DNA of 23,772 nt from a candidate division WOR-3 bacterium (GCA_027050205.1 JALUCS010000129.1:1-23772); one strand, 5' to 3'; shown: positions 1-9,802, numbered from the stretch's first letter. Notes: generated from the letters alone by a model not told the origin. Numbers and translations are program-made.

Positions 1-1
1 G

Positions 2-1036
2 GGGAGGGACACCCTACTGTACGCCGAGGGGGTGTGGCTCTTTCGGGGCGGTTTCCTTGATGTGCGCCTCTCCCGGAAGAGGACGTCGGGGATGGAGGGC
101 TTCCCGCAGACCGCCGGGGTCCAAGGGGACGTACGCATAGCCCTAAGGAGTCCTATAAGCGACCTCCTCATAACCCGAAGGACCTGGAGGGACTGGACGG
201 GCTACTACCAGCACGACAACCTCCGCCTCTCCAAGGGCCTCTCCCTCTACGGTTTCTCCATCGGCCTCGCCCTTGAGGGTGTACGGAGTACGAGCGTTGG
301 GGATAGGCTCCGTCCCCTCCTCTCCCTCGGTAGGGAGTACTCCGGCCGGTGGCTGTACCTAAGCGGGGGGGTATGGACGGACGGACGGAGAATAGGCTAC
401 TCCGCCGTCGCCGGTGTCAGGAGGTGGGCAGCCTACCTTGAGGGCTTCCTGTCCAACCGTATCCCGTCCTTTGACGAGCTGTACTGGGAGGGGTACGGGG
501 CGAGGGGGAACCCTTCCCTCCGAAACGAGAGGAGCCTAGGCCTTAGCGCCGGCCTGAACCTCTTACGCTTGAGGATAGACGCGTACTTCAAGAGGTACCA
601 CGACCTGATAACCTGGGCGCCCGTAGGGGGCATCTGGAGGCCGGAGAATACGGGAGGGGCGAGGGTGTGGGGTGGAGAGGTGAAGGTGAATATCAAGGGA
701 ATCCTCCTGCGGTATGTGCGCACCTACGCGTACGACGACCTCGGTAGGCGGCTGATATACAGGCCCCGGAACGCGTACTTCCTGGCTCTATCCCCCCATC
801 TCGGTCCCTTCGGCCTCCACCTTAGCCTCCTCTACCTTGACCCCCGCTTCAGCAACCCCTCCAACACCCGGTTCGTTGGCCCCGTCCTCCTCGTCATCGC
901 TGGCACCTCCCTAAGGGTACGGGCGTTTGAGGTGGAGCTAACGGCCTACAACCTCCTAAACGGCAGGTACTACTTCGTAGAGGGGTACCCCCTCCCCGGA
1001 AGGACGCTTTCGGTCAGGGTGTGGTACCGGCCGTAA
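2..1036 (+). CDS. TonB-dependent outer-membrane receptor, C-terminal part (5' truncated by window edge)
   Basis: Frame is open from base 2. It has alternating aromatic beta-strands, the PSFDELYW and GNPSLRNE motifs, and a typical TBDR C-terminus NLLN..Y....GYPLPGRT..V.V.Y. Confidence 0.85.
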   Translation, partial: GRDTLLYAEGVWLFRGGFLDVRLSRKRTSGMEGFPQTAGVQGDVRIALRSPISDLLITRRTWRDWTGYYQHDNLRLSKGLSLYGFSIGLALEGVRSTSVGDRLRPLLSLGREYSGRWLYLSGGVWTDGRRIGYSAVAGVRRWAAYLEGFLSNRIPSFDELYWEGYGARGNPSLRNERSLGLSAGLNLLRLRIDAYFKRYHDLITWAPVGGIWRPENTGGARVWGGEVKVNIKGILLRYVRTYAYDDLGRRLIYRPRNAYFLALSPHLGPFGLHLSLLYLDPRFSNPSNTRFVGPVLLVIAGTSLRVRAFEVELTAYNLLNGRYYFVEGYPLPGRTLSVRVWYRP

Positions 1037-1039
1037 AAT
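1034..1039 (+). promoter_or_regulatory. -10 box TAAAAT for leaderless thrS
   Basis: Lies 7 nt before GTG 1047 with no SD; its first three bases are the TBDR stop codon. Confidence 0.65.
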
Positions 1040-1046
1040 AGCCCCC

Positions 1047-2969
1047 GTGAAGAGGGTAATTTTCCACCTACCCGACGGCAGTAAGGTAGAAAGGGAGGTA
1101 AAAGACGGACAGAGCGTCCTTGACGTCCTCGGCGAAGAGGGGCTGAAGGGGGGCTTCGTCGCCCGCGCGGGCGGCCGGCTCTTTGACCTCTTCGTCCCCA
1201 TACCGGAGGACGTCTCCGAGGTTGAAATTCTGGACTTCAGCGACAAGGACGGTAAGGAGGTCTTCTGGCACTCCTCCGCGCATATACTGGCCCAGGCGGT
1301 CAAGAGGCTCTGGCCGGACGCCAAGCTCACCGTTGGCCCTCCCATAGAGAACGGCTTCTTCTACGACATAGACTTCGGGGGTCGGACCCTGACGCCGGAG
1401 GACCTGCAGAGGATTGAGGAGGAGGCGAAGAAGGTAATTGAGGCTGATTACCCCGTAAGGCGGGAGGAGTGGCCGGCGGAGAAGGCCAAGGAGTTCTTCA
1501 GGGAGAGGGGGGAGGACTACAAGGTCCTCCTGATAGAGGAGTTCGGGGAGCCGGTCGTCTCCGTCTACCATCAGGGGGAGTTCACGGACCTGTGCAGAGG
1601 CCCCCACGTACATCGGACGGGGGTCGTAGGGGCATTCAAAGTCACGGCCGTCTCCTCCGCCTACTGGAAGGGCGACCCCAACAACCCCTCCCTCCAGAGG
1701 ATATACGGCGTATCCTTCCCGACCCAGGAGCAGTTAGACGAGTACCTCCGTATGCTGGAGGAGGCGAAGAAGAGGGACCACAGGGTACTTGGGCGTCAGC
1801 TGGACCTCTTCAACTTCTACGAGGAGGCGGGGGCAGGCTTCGTCTTCTGGCACCCCAAGGGGACGGCCGTAAGGTTTGCGATTGAGGACTACATCAAGCG
1901 GGAGCATATAAAAGACGGCTACACCTTCGTCATCACCCCCCACGTCCTCTCCGGGAAACTCTGGGAGATAAGCGGCCACCTCAACTACTACCAGAAGAAT
2001 ATGTTCGTCTTTGAGAAGGACGGACAGACCTACGCCGTCAAGCCCATGAACTGCCCCGCCCACATCCTCATATACAAGTCAAAGGTGCATAGCTACCGGG
2101 ACCTCCCCGTAAGGCTCGCCGAGTTGGGGACGGTGTATCGCTACGAGCTGTCCGGCGTCCTCCACGGCCTGATGAGGGTCAGGGGCTTCACCCAGGACGA
2201 CGCCCACATCTTCGCCGCCCCGGAGCAGGTGGAGGAGGAGGTCAGGCGGGTCCTCGCCTTAATGAAGAGGATCCTCGGCCGCTTCGGCTTTAAGGACTTT
2301 GAGGTGGAGCTGTCCGTGTGGGACCCCAATAGACCGGAGGAGTACATGGGGACCCCAGAGATGTGGAAGCAGGCCATAAACTCCCTAAAGAACGCCCTTG
2401 AGGCGGAGGGCTTCTCCTACGAGGTTGAGGAGGGGGAGGCCGCCTTCTACGGTCCCAAAATTGACGTCAAGCTCAAGGACGCCCTCGGCCGGAGGTGGCA
2501 GTGTACGACCGTACAGGTGGACTTCAACCTGCCGAGGAGGTTCAACGCTACGTACGTAGGCCCCGACGGTAAGGAGCATTTCGTCGTGATGATACACAGG
2601 GCCATTCTCGGCTCCATAGAGAGGTTCTTCGGCATACTCGTTGAGCATTACGCCGGGGACTTCCCCCTCTGGCTCGCCCCCGTACAGGCGAGGGTCATAC
2701 CCATAAAGGACGCCTTCGCGGAGTACGCCCGGAGCGTAAAGGAGCGGCTTGAGGAGGCCGGCTTCAGGGTGGAGATAGACGACCGGAACGAGAGGCTCTC
2801 CTACAAGATAAGGGACGCCGAGACCCATAAGGTCCCCTACATCCTGGTCGTCGGAAAGAGGGAGGTTGAGAGCGGCACCGTCTCCGTAAGGCGGAGGAAG
2901 GAGGGGGACCTGGGGGCTATGAAGGTGGAAGAGCTGATAGAGAGGATGAGGAGGGAGGTGGAGGAGTAG
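1047..2969 (+). CDS. thrS: Threonine--tRNA ligase
   Basis: TGS N-terminus, editing motifs HSSAH and DLCRGPH, RDHR, Zn ligands in KPMNCP/QDDAH/MIHRA, AAFYGPKID, and a C-terminal anticodon-binding domain. Confidence 0.98.
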   Translation: MKRVIFHLPDGSKVEREVKDGQSVLDVLGEEGLKGGFVARAGGRLFDLFVPIPEDVSEVEILDFSDKDGKEVFWHSSAHILAQAVKRLWPDAKLTVGPPIENGFFYDIDFGGRTLTPEDLQRIEEEAKKVIEADYPVRREEWPAEKAKEFFRERGEDYKVLLIEEFGEPVVSVYHQGEFTDLCRGPHVHRTGVVGAFKVTAVSSAYWKGDPNNPSLQRIYGVSFPTQEQLDEYLRMLEEAKKRDHRVLGRQLDLFNFYEEAGAGFVFWHPKGTAVRFAIEDYIKREHIKDGYTFVITPHVLSGKLWEISGHLNYYQKNMFVFEKDGQTYAVKPMNCPAHILIYKSKVHSYRDLPVRLAELGTVYRYELSGVLHGLMRVRGFTQDDAHIFAAPEQVEEEVRRVLALMKRILGRFGFKDFEVELSVWDPNRPEEYMGTPEMWKQAINSLKNALEAEGFSYEVEEGEAAFYGPKIDVKLKDALGRRWQCTTVQVDFNLPRRFNATYVGPDGKEHFVVMIHRAILGSIERFFGILVEHYAGDFPLWLAPVQARVIPIKDAFAEYARSVKERLEEAGFRVEIDDRNERLSYKIRDAETHKVPYILVVGKREVESGTVSVRRRKEGDLGAMKVEELIERMRREVEE

Positions 2970-2994
2970 GTACCCGCGGCCGACCTTCACGCCT

Positions 2995-3000
2995 TAGAAT
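2995..3000 (+). promoter_or_regulatory. -10 box TAGAAT for leaderless reverse gyrase
   Basis: GCCTTAGAAT lies 6 nt before ATG 3007; no SD. Confidence 0.65.
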
Positions 3001-3006
3001 CCCTCT

Positions 3007-6000
3007 ATGCCCTTGATGATCGTAAAGCGGGGCTGCCCCAACTGCGGGGGGCCTATAACCGACGACCGCCTCGCTGCTGGACTACCCTGCTACAGGTGCC
3101 TCCCTAAGTATTCCAACGTTTCGGGACTGGGGGATGTGTGCCTAAACCTACACAGGCCCAAGGAGCTGCGGGAGTACTGCGACGCCGAGAGGGAGCTGGC
3201 CAGATACGAGGGGATGTTCGTAAAGAGCGTAGGGAAGCCGTGGTCCCTTCAGAGGACGTGGATGAAGAGGGTACTGCGGCGCCAGTCCTTCGCCATAGTC
3301 GCCCCCACGGGTGTGGGTAAGACTACCTTCGGCCTCATAACCTCCCTGTACGTATCCGGTAAGGCCCTCCTCGTGTTCCCCACGAGGTTGCTGGCCGGCC
3401 AATCCTACGAGAGGCTGACGGAGATGGAGGGGGTCCTGAAGACGGGGAAGAGGCTCCTACTCTACGAGAGCAAGAGGAGGGTAAGGGAGGCCTTCCTTTC
3501 GGGCGAATGGGACGTCCTCGCCGGCACCAACATGTTCTTCCACCGGAACTTTGAGAACCTACTGAAGTTCTCTGGCGAGCTCTCCTTCGTATTCTTGGAC
3601 GACATAGACTCCTTCCTCAAGAGGGCCAAGAACGTGGATATGCTCTTCAAACTCCTCGGATTTACGGATAGGGATATTGAGGTTGCCATAAAGAGGGATA
3701 AGGACGAAAGGGATTACGAGTACCTTGAGCGGGTAAGGAGGAGGAAGAGGCGGGCGGTTCTGGTGGTCTCCTCCGCCACTCTGAAGCCGAAGACGGATAG
3801 GGTGGCCCTGTTTCGGAACCTCCTCGGCTTTGACATTCAGAAGGCCACCCTCAACGTCAGGAACGTGGTGGATACCTACGAGGAGGTGGGAGACTACGAC
3901 GGGGCGCTGGAGAGGGCGAGGGAACTCATCGGGAGGTTGGGGAAGGGGGGTCTCCTCTACCTTCCCTCCTACGCTGGGAGGGAGGAGGTGGAGAGGGTGG
4001 CGGAGGTCTTGCGGGGGGACGGGTTCCGAGTCATCACCTACACCGAGGGGAAACCCCAGGAGCTTTACGAGAGGATGAGGGAGGGGGAGTTTGACGTGGC
4101 GGTGGGTCTGGCCCACATACACAACCCCCTCGTCAGGGGTCTGGACCTGCCCCATATCGTCAGGTGGGCGATGTTCTTGGACGTCCCCAAGTACCTCTTC
4201 CCCGTCTCCCTATCCCTTAGGCCTTCCCTACTCCACTCCCTACTCCTCGCCCTGATGGAGGTCTTTGACGAGGAAGAGAGGATAGAGGCCCGCAGGATGG
4301 TGGCCTACCTCCGCCGCTACCTGACGATGAGGGAAGAGGTTTTGGACAGGTACCCCCGGATAAAGGCGGAGGTTGAGCGGATAAAGGGGTGGTTGGAGGA
4401 GAGGTTGAGGGACGAGGGCTTCCTTAGGAGGGTGGAGGGGTCGGAGGACGTGACCCTTATGAGGATGGAGGGGGAGCTTTACGTGGTGGTGGCCGACGTT
4501 TCAACCTACTTGCAAGCCTCCGGTAGAACCTCCCGACTGATAGCCGGGGGGATGACGAAGGGGCTAAGCGTCCTCTTAGTCTGGGATGGCAAAGCCTTCA
4601 GGAGCCTGCAAAGGCGGTTGAGGTTCTACTTTATGGAGGGGGACGTGGAGTTCAAACCCCTCCGGGAGATAGACCTGAAGGTCCTCCTGAAGGAGATAGA
4701 CAGAGACAGGGAGAGGGCCAAGGCGGTCCTCTCCGGAAGGATACCGCCGGAGAGCAAGGACCTCTTCCGAACGACCCTGGTCGTCGTGGAGTCCCCCAAC
4801 AAGGCGAGGACCATCGGCTCCTTCTTCGGAAAACCCCAGATGAGGTTGGTCGGAGACTCCGTCGCCTACGAAATACCCCTTGGCGAGCGGGTCCTCGTAA
4901 TAACGGCCTCCCTCGGCCACGTCCTTGACCTAAGTACGGAAGGGGGTTTCTTCGGCGTCTTGGACGAGGGGGACGAGTACGTGGGGATATACGACACAAT
5001 AAAGCGGTGCCGCAGCACCGGAGAGCAGCACACGGAGTACGAGTACATCAGGCGGAAGTGTCCGGAGGCGGATATAGAGGACAAGTTAGACATCCTGAAG
5101 GCCATCCGGGAACTCGGATACGAGGTGGATGAGGTCTTCATAGCGACGGACCCCGATGCGGAGGGGGAGAAGATAGCTTACGACCTCTACCTCCACGTCA
5201 GGGGGTTCAACGGCAGGGTACGGAGGATGGAGTTCCACGAGATAACGCCGAGGGCCTTCCGGGAGGCCCTGAAGCAGCCGCGAGAGACCTCCCTCAACCT
5301 CGTAAAGGCCCAGATGACCCGGCGGATAGCCGACAGATGGGTGGGCTTCACCCTATCCCGGAAACTTTGGGAGGTCTTCGGGGACGAGAGGCTATCCGCC
5401 GGTAGGGTCCAGACCCCCGTCCTGGGATGGGTAATATCCCGCACCAGAGAGAGCCGAAAGAAGGCCTACCTGCTGCGGGTGAGGGTGGGGAACGTCACCC
5501 TTGAGAGGCTCTACGAGAGGTGGGGGGAGGCGAAGGAGGCCTACGAGAGGGCGGGGCCGTATGTCGTTGAGGTGGAAACCCTCGCCGAGGAGGAGAGGGG
5601 CCCCCTACCACCCTACACCACGGATACCGTCTTGGAGGATGCGAACCGTATCCTCGGCATGGGGGCGGCCGAAACGATGGCCACCCTTCAGGAGCTGTTT
5701 GAGAAGGGCATAACCACCTACCACAGGACGGACAGCACGAGGGTATCCGACTACGGCAAGTTCTCCGTAGCCAAGCCCTACATCCTTGAGAGGTTCGGGG
5801 AGGACTACTTTACACCGAGGACGTGGGGGGAGGGGGGCGCCCACGAGTGCATAAGGCCCACCCGTCCCATCCCACCGGACACCCTCAAATCTATGGTCGC
5901 CGCCGGACTGCTGTCCTTCTCCTCCAAAAGGGCTTTGGACCTCTACGCCTTGGTGTTCCGTAGGTTCATGGCTTCGCAGATGCGAAAGGCGAGGGTGAGG

Positions 6001-6456
6001 ACGGGGAGGTTAAAGGTCGGGGAACTGGCGGCTAACGTCGTCCTTGAGGTCCTTAGGGACGGCTTCAACCTCCTCTGGCCCACCTTCTCCGTATTCAACG
6101 GGGACAGGACGATCAAGGAGGTTAGGGTGGTAAAGGTGCCGAAGGCCCTACCTTACACCGAAGGGAGCCTGATACAGGAGATGAAGCGGAGGGGGCTGGG
6201 CAGGCCCTCCACCTACGCCCGGACGGTGGAGCTGCTCCTCAAGAGGGGATACGTCGTAAAGAGCAGGAGGGGGTTCCTCTACTCCACCCCCCTTGGGGAG
6301 AGGGTCTTCGCTTTCCTGATGGAGAGGTACTCCGAGTACTTGAGCGAGGACTTCACCAAGAGGATAGAGGAGGCTATGGACGAGATAGAGGAGGGGAAGC
6401 GGGACTGGAGGGAGGTCCTGAAGGAGATACACAGGATAAAGGCCGTACTCGGTTGA
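3007..6456 (+). CDS. rgy: Reverse gyrase
   Basis: N-terminal Zn finger CPNC...CYRC, SF2 helicase motifs (APTGVGKT, DDID, RGLDLP, YLQASGRTSR), fused to a topoisomerase IA domain (VVESPNKA, ATDPDAEGE, SAGRVQTP, catalytic TYHRTDS, GLGRPSTY). Confidence 0.97.
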   Translation: MPLMIVKRGCPNCGGPITDDRLAAGLPCYRCLPKYSNVSGLGDVCLNLHRPKELREYCDAERELARYEGMFVKSVGKPWSLQRTWMKRVLRRQSFAIVAPTGVGKTTFGLITSLYVSGKALLVFPTRLLAGQSYERLTEMEGVLKTGKRLLLYESKRRVREAFLSGEWDVLAGTNMFFHRNFENLLKFSGELSFVFLDDIDSFLKRAKNVDMLFKLLGFTDRDIEVAIKRDKDERDYEYLERVRRRKRRAVLVVSSATLKPKTDRVALFRNLLGFDIQKATLNVRNVVDTYEEVGDYDGALERARELIGRLGKGGLLYLPSYAGREEVERVAEVLRGDGFRVITYTEGKPQELYERMREGEFDVAVGLAHIHNPLVRGLDLPHIVRWAMFLDVPKYLFPVSLSLRPSLLHSLLLALMEVFDEEERIEARRMVAYLRRYLTMREEVLDRYPRIKAEVERIKGWLEERLRDEGFLRRVEGSEDVTLMRMEGELYVVVADVSTYLQASGRTSRLIAGGMTKGLSVLLVWDGKAFRSLQRRLRFYFMEGDVEFKPLREIDLKVLLKEIDRDRERAKAVLSGRIPPESKDLFRTTLVVVESPNKARTIGSFFGKPQMRLVGDSVAYEIPLGERVLVITASLGHVLDLSTEGGFFGVLDEGDEYVGIYDTIKRCRSTGEQHTEYEYIRRKCPEADIEDKLDILKAIRELGYEVDEVFIATDPDAEGEKIAYDLYLHVRGFNGRVRRMEFHEITPRAFREALKQPRETSLNLVKAQMTRRIADRWVGFTLSRKLWEVFGDERLSAGRVQTPVLGWVISRTRESRKKAYLLRVRVGNVTLERLYERWGEAKEAYERAGPYVVEVETLAEEERGPLPPYTTDTVLEDANRILGMGAAETMATLQELFEKGITTYHRTDSTRVSDYGKFSVAKPYILERFGEDYFTPRTWGEGGAHECIRPTRPIPPDTLKSMVAAGLLSFSSKRALDLYALVFRRFMASQMRKARVRTGRLKVGELAANVVLEVLRDGFNLLWPTFSVFNGDRTIKEVRVVKVPKALPYTEGSLIQEMKRRGLGRPSTYARTVELLLKRGYVVKSRRGFLYSTPLGERVFAFLMERYSEYLSEDFTKRIEEAMDEIEEGKRDWREVLKEIHRIKAVLG

Positions 6457-6486
6457 AGGGGACACCCGTCGGCCTTAAAATTTTGG

Positions 6487-7257
6487 ATGTTCCTCCTCGC
6501 CTTCTTCAGCGTAAGGGACACGTGCGACTACCGGGACAGGTACGGGGTCAGGTACCGCTACTGCCACACCCTTGATATAGGGGGATTCCGGATCCCCTAC
6601 GAGGGGTTTGACGAGGCCCTCAAGCCCCACAGGTTCCTCTCCTCCTCCTTTGACATCCACGCTTACAGCTACTACTACGCCACCGTCCTCTTGAAACGCC
6701 TTGGGGTACCGAGGGGGTACAGGTTCGCCCTCTTCCTGATAACGGGGATAGGTTGGGAGATGTTTGAAACCTACGGATGGCGTACCACCCCCGTAAGCAT
6801 AACCGACCTCATCGCCAACACCCTCGGCTTCGCCCTTGGGGAGGTCGGGGGGGAGAGGCTCTCCCTTATCCTCGGACTCCAGCCCATACGGGAGTACCCA
6901 AAAACTTGGATCCAGAGGGGGGAAGTGAACGACGGAAGCCCCGCCTATATGCTCCTCGGACGGTTCAACACCAACTACTCACCGAGGACCCTCTACCTCC
7001 AACTAAACCTCGGCGACCTAAAGGCCCGCTTTGGCTACAACCTCGGAGCCTCCTTCAGAAAGGGCTACATATACTACCACCCCTACACCGAGAGGGGGAT
7101 CCCATCCCTCTACCTCTCCCCGGATTTCCCCCACCTCTACGTCGGGAAGGTTCCCCTCCCACCGGTAGCGACGAAATTCCCGGCGGGTAGTCTGTGGTGC
7201 TTCTGGACGGCCAACCTCTTCCTTCAGGTGGAAGCCCTACACCTTTCCCTGCTATAA
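6487..7257 (+). CDS. Hypothetical membrane protein with YfiM/DUF2279/VanZ-like motif
   Basis: Hydrophobic segment with GIGWEMFE....S.TDLIANTLG. TAAAAT (6476-6481) sits 5 nt upstream of the ATG, and the ORF fills the gap exactly. Confidence 0.6.
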   Translation: MFLLAFFSVRDTCDYRDRYGVRYRYCHTLDIGGFRIPYEGFDEALKPHRFLSSSFDIHAYSYYYATVLLKRLGVPRGYRFALFLITGIGWEMFETYGWRTTPVSITDLIANTLGFALGEVGGERLSLILGLQPIREYPKTWIQRGEVNDGSPAYMLLGRFNTNYSPRTLYLQLNLGDLKARFGYNLGASFRKGYIYYHPYTERGIPSLYLSPDFPHLYVGKVPLPPVATKFPAGSLWCFWTANLFLQVEALHLSLL

Positions 7258-7258
7258 T
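7250..7258 (+). promoter_or_regulatory. Extended -10 promoter TGcTATAAT
   Basis: Perfect TGnTATAAT 7 nt before ATG 7266; it contains the TAA stop of the upstream ORF. Confidence 0.7.
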
Positions 7259-7265
7259 AAACGCT

Positions 7266-8066
7266 ATGCTGCGGATAGACGACGGCACCAACTGGGCTTT
7301 GATTCTGGGGGCATCCTCCGGTTTCGGGGCAGCTACGGCCAAGAAATTGGCGGAATCCGGACTCAACATCCTCGGTGTCCATCTGGACAGGAGGGCGGCC
7401 CTGCCCAAGGTTGAGGCCCTCGTGGAGGAGCTGAAGTCCAAGGGGGTGAAGGTAAAGTACTTCAACACCAACGCCGCCGACGACCGCAAGAGGGCGAAGG
7501 TGATAGAGGAGATAAAGGAGTTGCTGGCTAAGGAGGGGGGTAAGATAAAGGTCCTGATGCACTCCCTCGCCTTCGGCACCCTGAAGCCCTACATCGGCGA
7601 GAAGCCGGAGGAGGACGTAACCCGCCAGAACCTTGAGATGACCATAGACATAATGGGGAACTCCCTCGTCTACTGGGTCAGGGACGTCTATAGGGCGGGT
7701 CTGTTTCACGAGGACGCCCGCGTCTTCGCTATGACGAGTGCGGGATCCCACCGGGTCTATCCGTCCTATGGACCCGTGTCGGCCGCCAAGGCCGTCCTTG
7801 AGTCCCACGTGCGGCAGTTGGCCTACGAGTTGGGCGGTAAGGGGATAAGGGTGAACGCCATTCAGGCCGGCGTTACGGATACCCCCGCCCTAAGGAAGAT
7901 ACCCGGCCACGAGGAGATGTTGGAGTGGGCGAAGAGGGCGAACCCGTCCGGCAGGCTCACCACACCGGAGGACGTCGCCAACGTCATAGCCCTCCTCTCC
8001 CGGCCGGAGGCCTACTGGATAAACGGGGCGGTAATACGGGTAGACGGCGGGGAGGACCTGATCTAA
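7266..8066 (+). CDS. SDR oxidoreductase, FabL/FabI-type enoyl-ACP reductase
   Basis: GASSGFG Rossmann motif, Y-x6-K catalytic spacing (YGPVSAAK), IRVNAI, and WINGAVIRVDGG. Start moved to ATG 7266 to avoid overlap with the upstream gene. Confidence 0.85.
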   Translation: MLRIDDGTNWALILGASSGFGAATAKKLAESGLNILGVHLDRRAALPKVEALVEELKSKGVKVKYFNTNAADDRKRAKVIEEIKELLAKEGGKIKVLMHSLAFGTLKPYIGEKPEEDVTRQNLEMTIDIMGNSLVYWVRDVYRAGLFHEDARVFAMTSAGSHRVYPSYGPVSAAKAVLESHVRQLAYELGGKGIRVNAIQAGVTDTPALRKIPGHEEMLEWAKRANPSGRLTTPEDVANVIALLSRPEAYWINGAVIRVDGGEDLI

Positions 8067-9802
8067 CCGCCCACCACCTTGAGGCCCAGCTCCTCCAGCT
8101 GCTCCGGCGAGACGTCCGAAGGAGCCCCCTCAAAGAGGGCCACCCCCGTCGTGGTCTTGGGGAAGAGTATCACCTCCCTTATGGACTCCTCGCCGAGGCA
8201 CATAGCCACGATGCGGTCCAGACCGAGGGCTATACCGCCATGAGGGGGCGCCCCCATCCGGAGGGAGTTTATCAGGAAGCCGAACCTCTCCTCTATCTCT
8301 TCTGTCGTCAGACCTATGAGTTTGAGGAGCCTCACCTGGAGGTCGGGGTCGTGGACCCTCACCGACCCGGAGCCTATCTCAACCCCGTTTATGACGAGGT
8401 CGTACTGCTTGCCGAGGATCCTCTGGGCCAGCTCGTCCATCTCCTCCCCACCCTTACCCTCCTTCAGGGCCTCCTCTATCTCGGAGAGGAGGGGGATATG
8501 CTCCTCGTAGGGGGAGGTGAAGATGTGGTGGGCCGGCTCTATCCTTCCCTCCTCGTAGTTCCACTGGAGGAGGGGGAAGTCCTTCACCCAGAGGAAGGCC
8601 CAATCCCTCTCCGGCTTCAGGAAGTTGTGGGCCACCGTCCTCCGGAACTCACCGAGGGACTCGTAGAAGGGGGTACCCTTACCGACGAAGACGAAGACCG
8701 TCTTCCCCTCGTAGGGTGTCAGGTCCGTATCCCTGACGAACTTCGCGAGGTTCCCGCTGGCCTTCCCACCGCTCACCTTGAACCACAGGAACTGGAACTC
8801 CTTCAGGAGCCTGTCTATCTGCCCTCGGCTCAGGCTGACGGGCAGTACGAGGGCCTTCACCCTGGCCCCCCGCTCAACGTTGGAGTCTATTATCCTGTTC
8901 CCCTTGCCAGAAAGTCTGTCCGTCCAGTCCTCGTACGCGATGGAGTACCTCAGATCCGGCTTGTCCGAGCCGTACCTCTCCATCACCTCGCGGTAGGTGA
9001 GCCTCGGAAAGGGGGGACTGACGTTCGCCCCCGCCCACCTGTTGAAGATCTCGGCTATGAAGCCCTCAATGAGTCCAAGGACGTCCTCGGGGTCGGAGAC
9101 GAAGGACATCTCCAGGTCCAGCTGCGTGAACTCCGGTTGCCTGTCCGCCCGTAGGTCCTCGTCCCTGAAGCACCGGGCTATCTGGAAGTACCTGTCAAAC
9201 CCCGCTACCATCAGGACCTGCTTGTACAACTGGGGGGACTGGGGCAGGGCGTAGAACTTCCCCGGCTGGAGGCGGGCCGGAACAATGAAGTCCCTCGCCC
9301 CCTCCGGCGTACTCTTGGTGAGTATGGGGGTCTCCAGCTCGTAGAACCCCCTCTCCGATAGGTAGTTCCTGATGAAGAGGTTTATTTCGTGCCTGACCCT
9401 GAAGTTCCTCTGCATCTTGGGGCGGCGGAGGTCAAGGGGACGGAAACGCAGGCGGGCCTCCTCCGATGCCTTCACGTCGTCCTCCGGCTGGAAGGGGAGG
9501 GGTACGGCGCGGTTCAGGACCTCGTACTCCTCCACAGCCACCTCCACCTTCCCGCTCCTCCAGTCGCTCCGGAACTGGTCCTCCGGTCTCATCCTGACCT
9601 TCCCCCTGACTTTGACGACGTAGCCGTGGGCTATGTCTGGCCTGTCTCCCTCAAACACCACCTGAAGGCTCCCGTACCGATCCCTAAGGACGACGAAGGT
9701 CAGACCTCCTAACTCCCTCATAGCCACCACCCAGCCCGCTATGGTTATCTCCTTCCCGAGGAGGGTCTCGTCTACCTCACCGCACGTGTGGGTCCTGTGC
9801 AT
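8063..9802 (-). CDS. aspS: Aspartate--tRNA ligase (bacterial type)
   Basis: MHRTHTCGE start, OB fold, TPEGARDF, LPQSPQLYKQ, FRDEDLRADRQPEFTQLDLE, YGSDKPDLR, GAPPHGGIALGLDR, FPKT. The true start is 9802, not 9940. Confidence 0.97.
   Translation of the reverse strand: MHRTHTCGEVDETLLGKEITIAGWVVAMRELGGLTFVVLRDRYGSLQVVFEGDRPDIAHGYVVKVRGKVRMRPEDQFRSDWRSGKVEVAVEEYEVLNRAVPLPFQPEDDVKASEEARLRFRPLDLRRPKMQRNFRVRHEINLFIRNYLSERGFYELETPILTKSTPEGARDFIVPARLQPGKFYALPQSPQLYKQVLMVAGFDRYFQIARCFRDEDLRADRQPEFTQLDLEMSFVSDPEDVLGLIEGFIAEIFNRWAGANVSPPFPRLTYREVMERYGSDKPDLRYSIAYEDWTDRLSGKGNRIIDSNVERGARVKALVLPVSLSRGQIDRLLKEFQFLWFKVSGGKASGNLAKFVRDTDLTPYEGKTVFVFVGKGTPFYESLGEFRRTVAHNFLKPERDWAFLWVKDFPLLQWNYEEGRIEPAHHIFTSPYEEHIPLLSEIEEALKEGKGGEEMDELAQRILGKQYDLVINGVEIGSGSVRVHDPDLQVRLLKLIGLTTEEIEERFGFLINSLRMGAPPHGGIALGLDRIVAMCLGEESIREVILFPKTTTGVALFEGAPSDVSPEQLEELGLKVVGG

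Noticed and set aside
7925..9154. 409-aa plus-strand ORF
   Set aside because: Antisense shadow of aspS with no motifs; long shadow ORFs are expected with high GC3.
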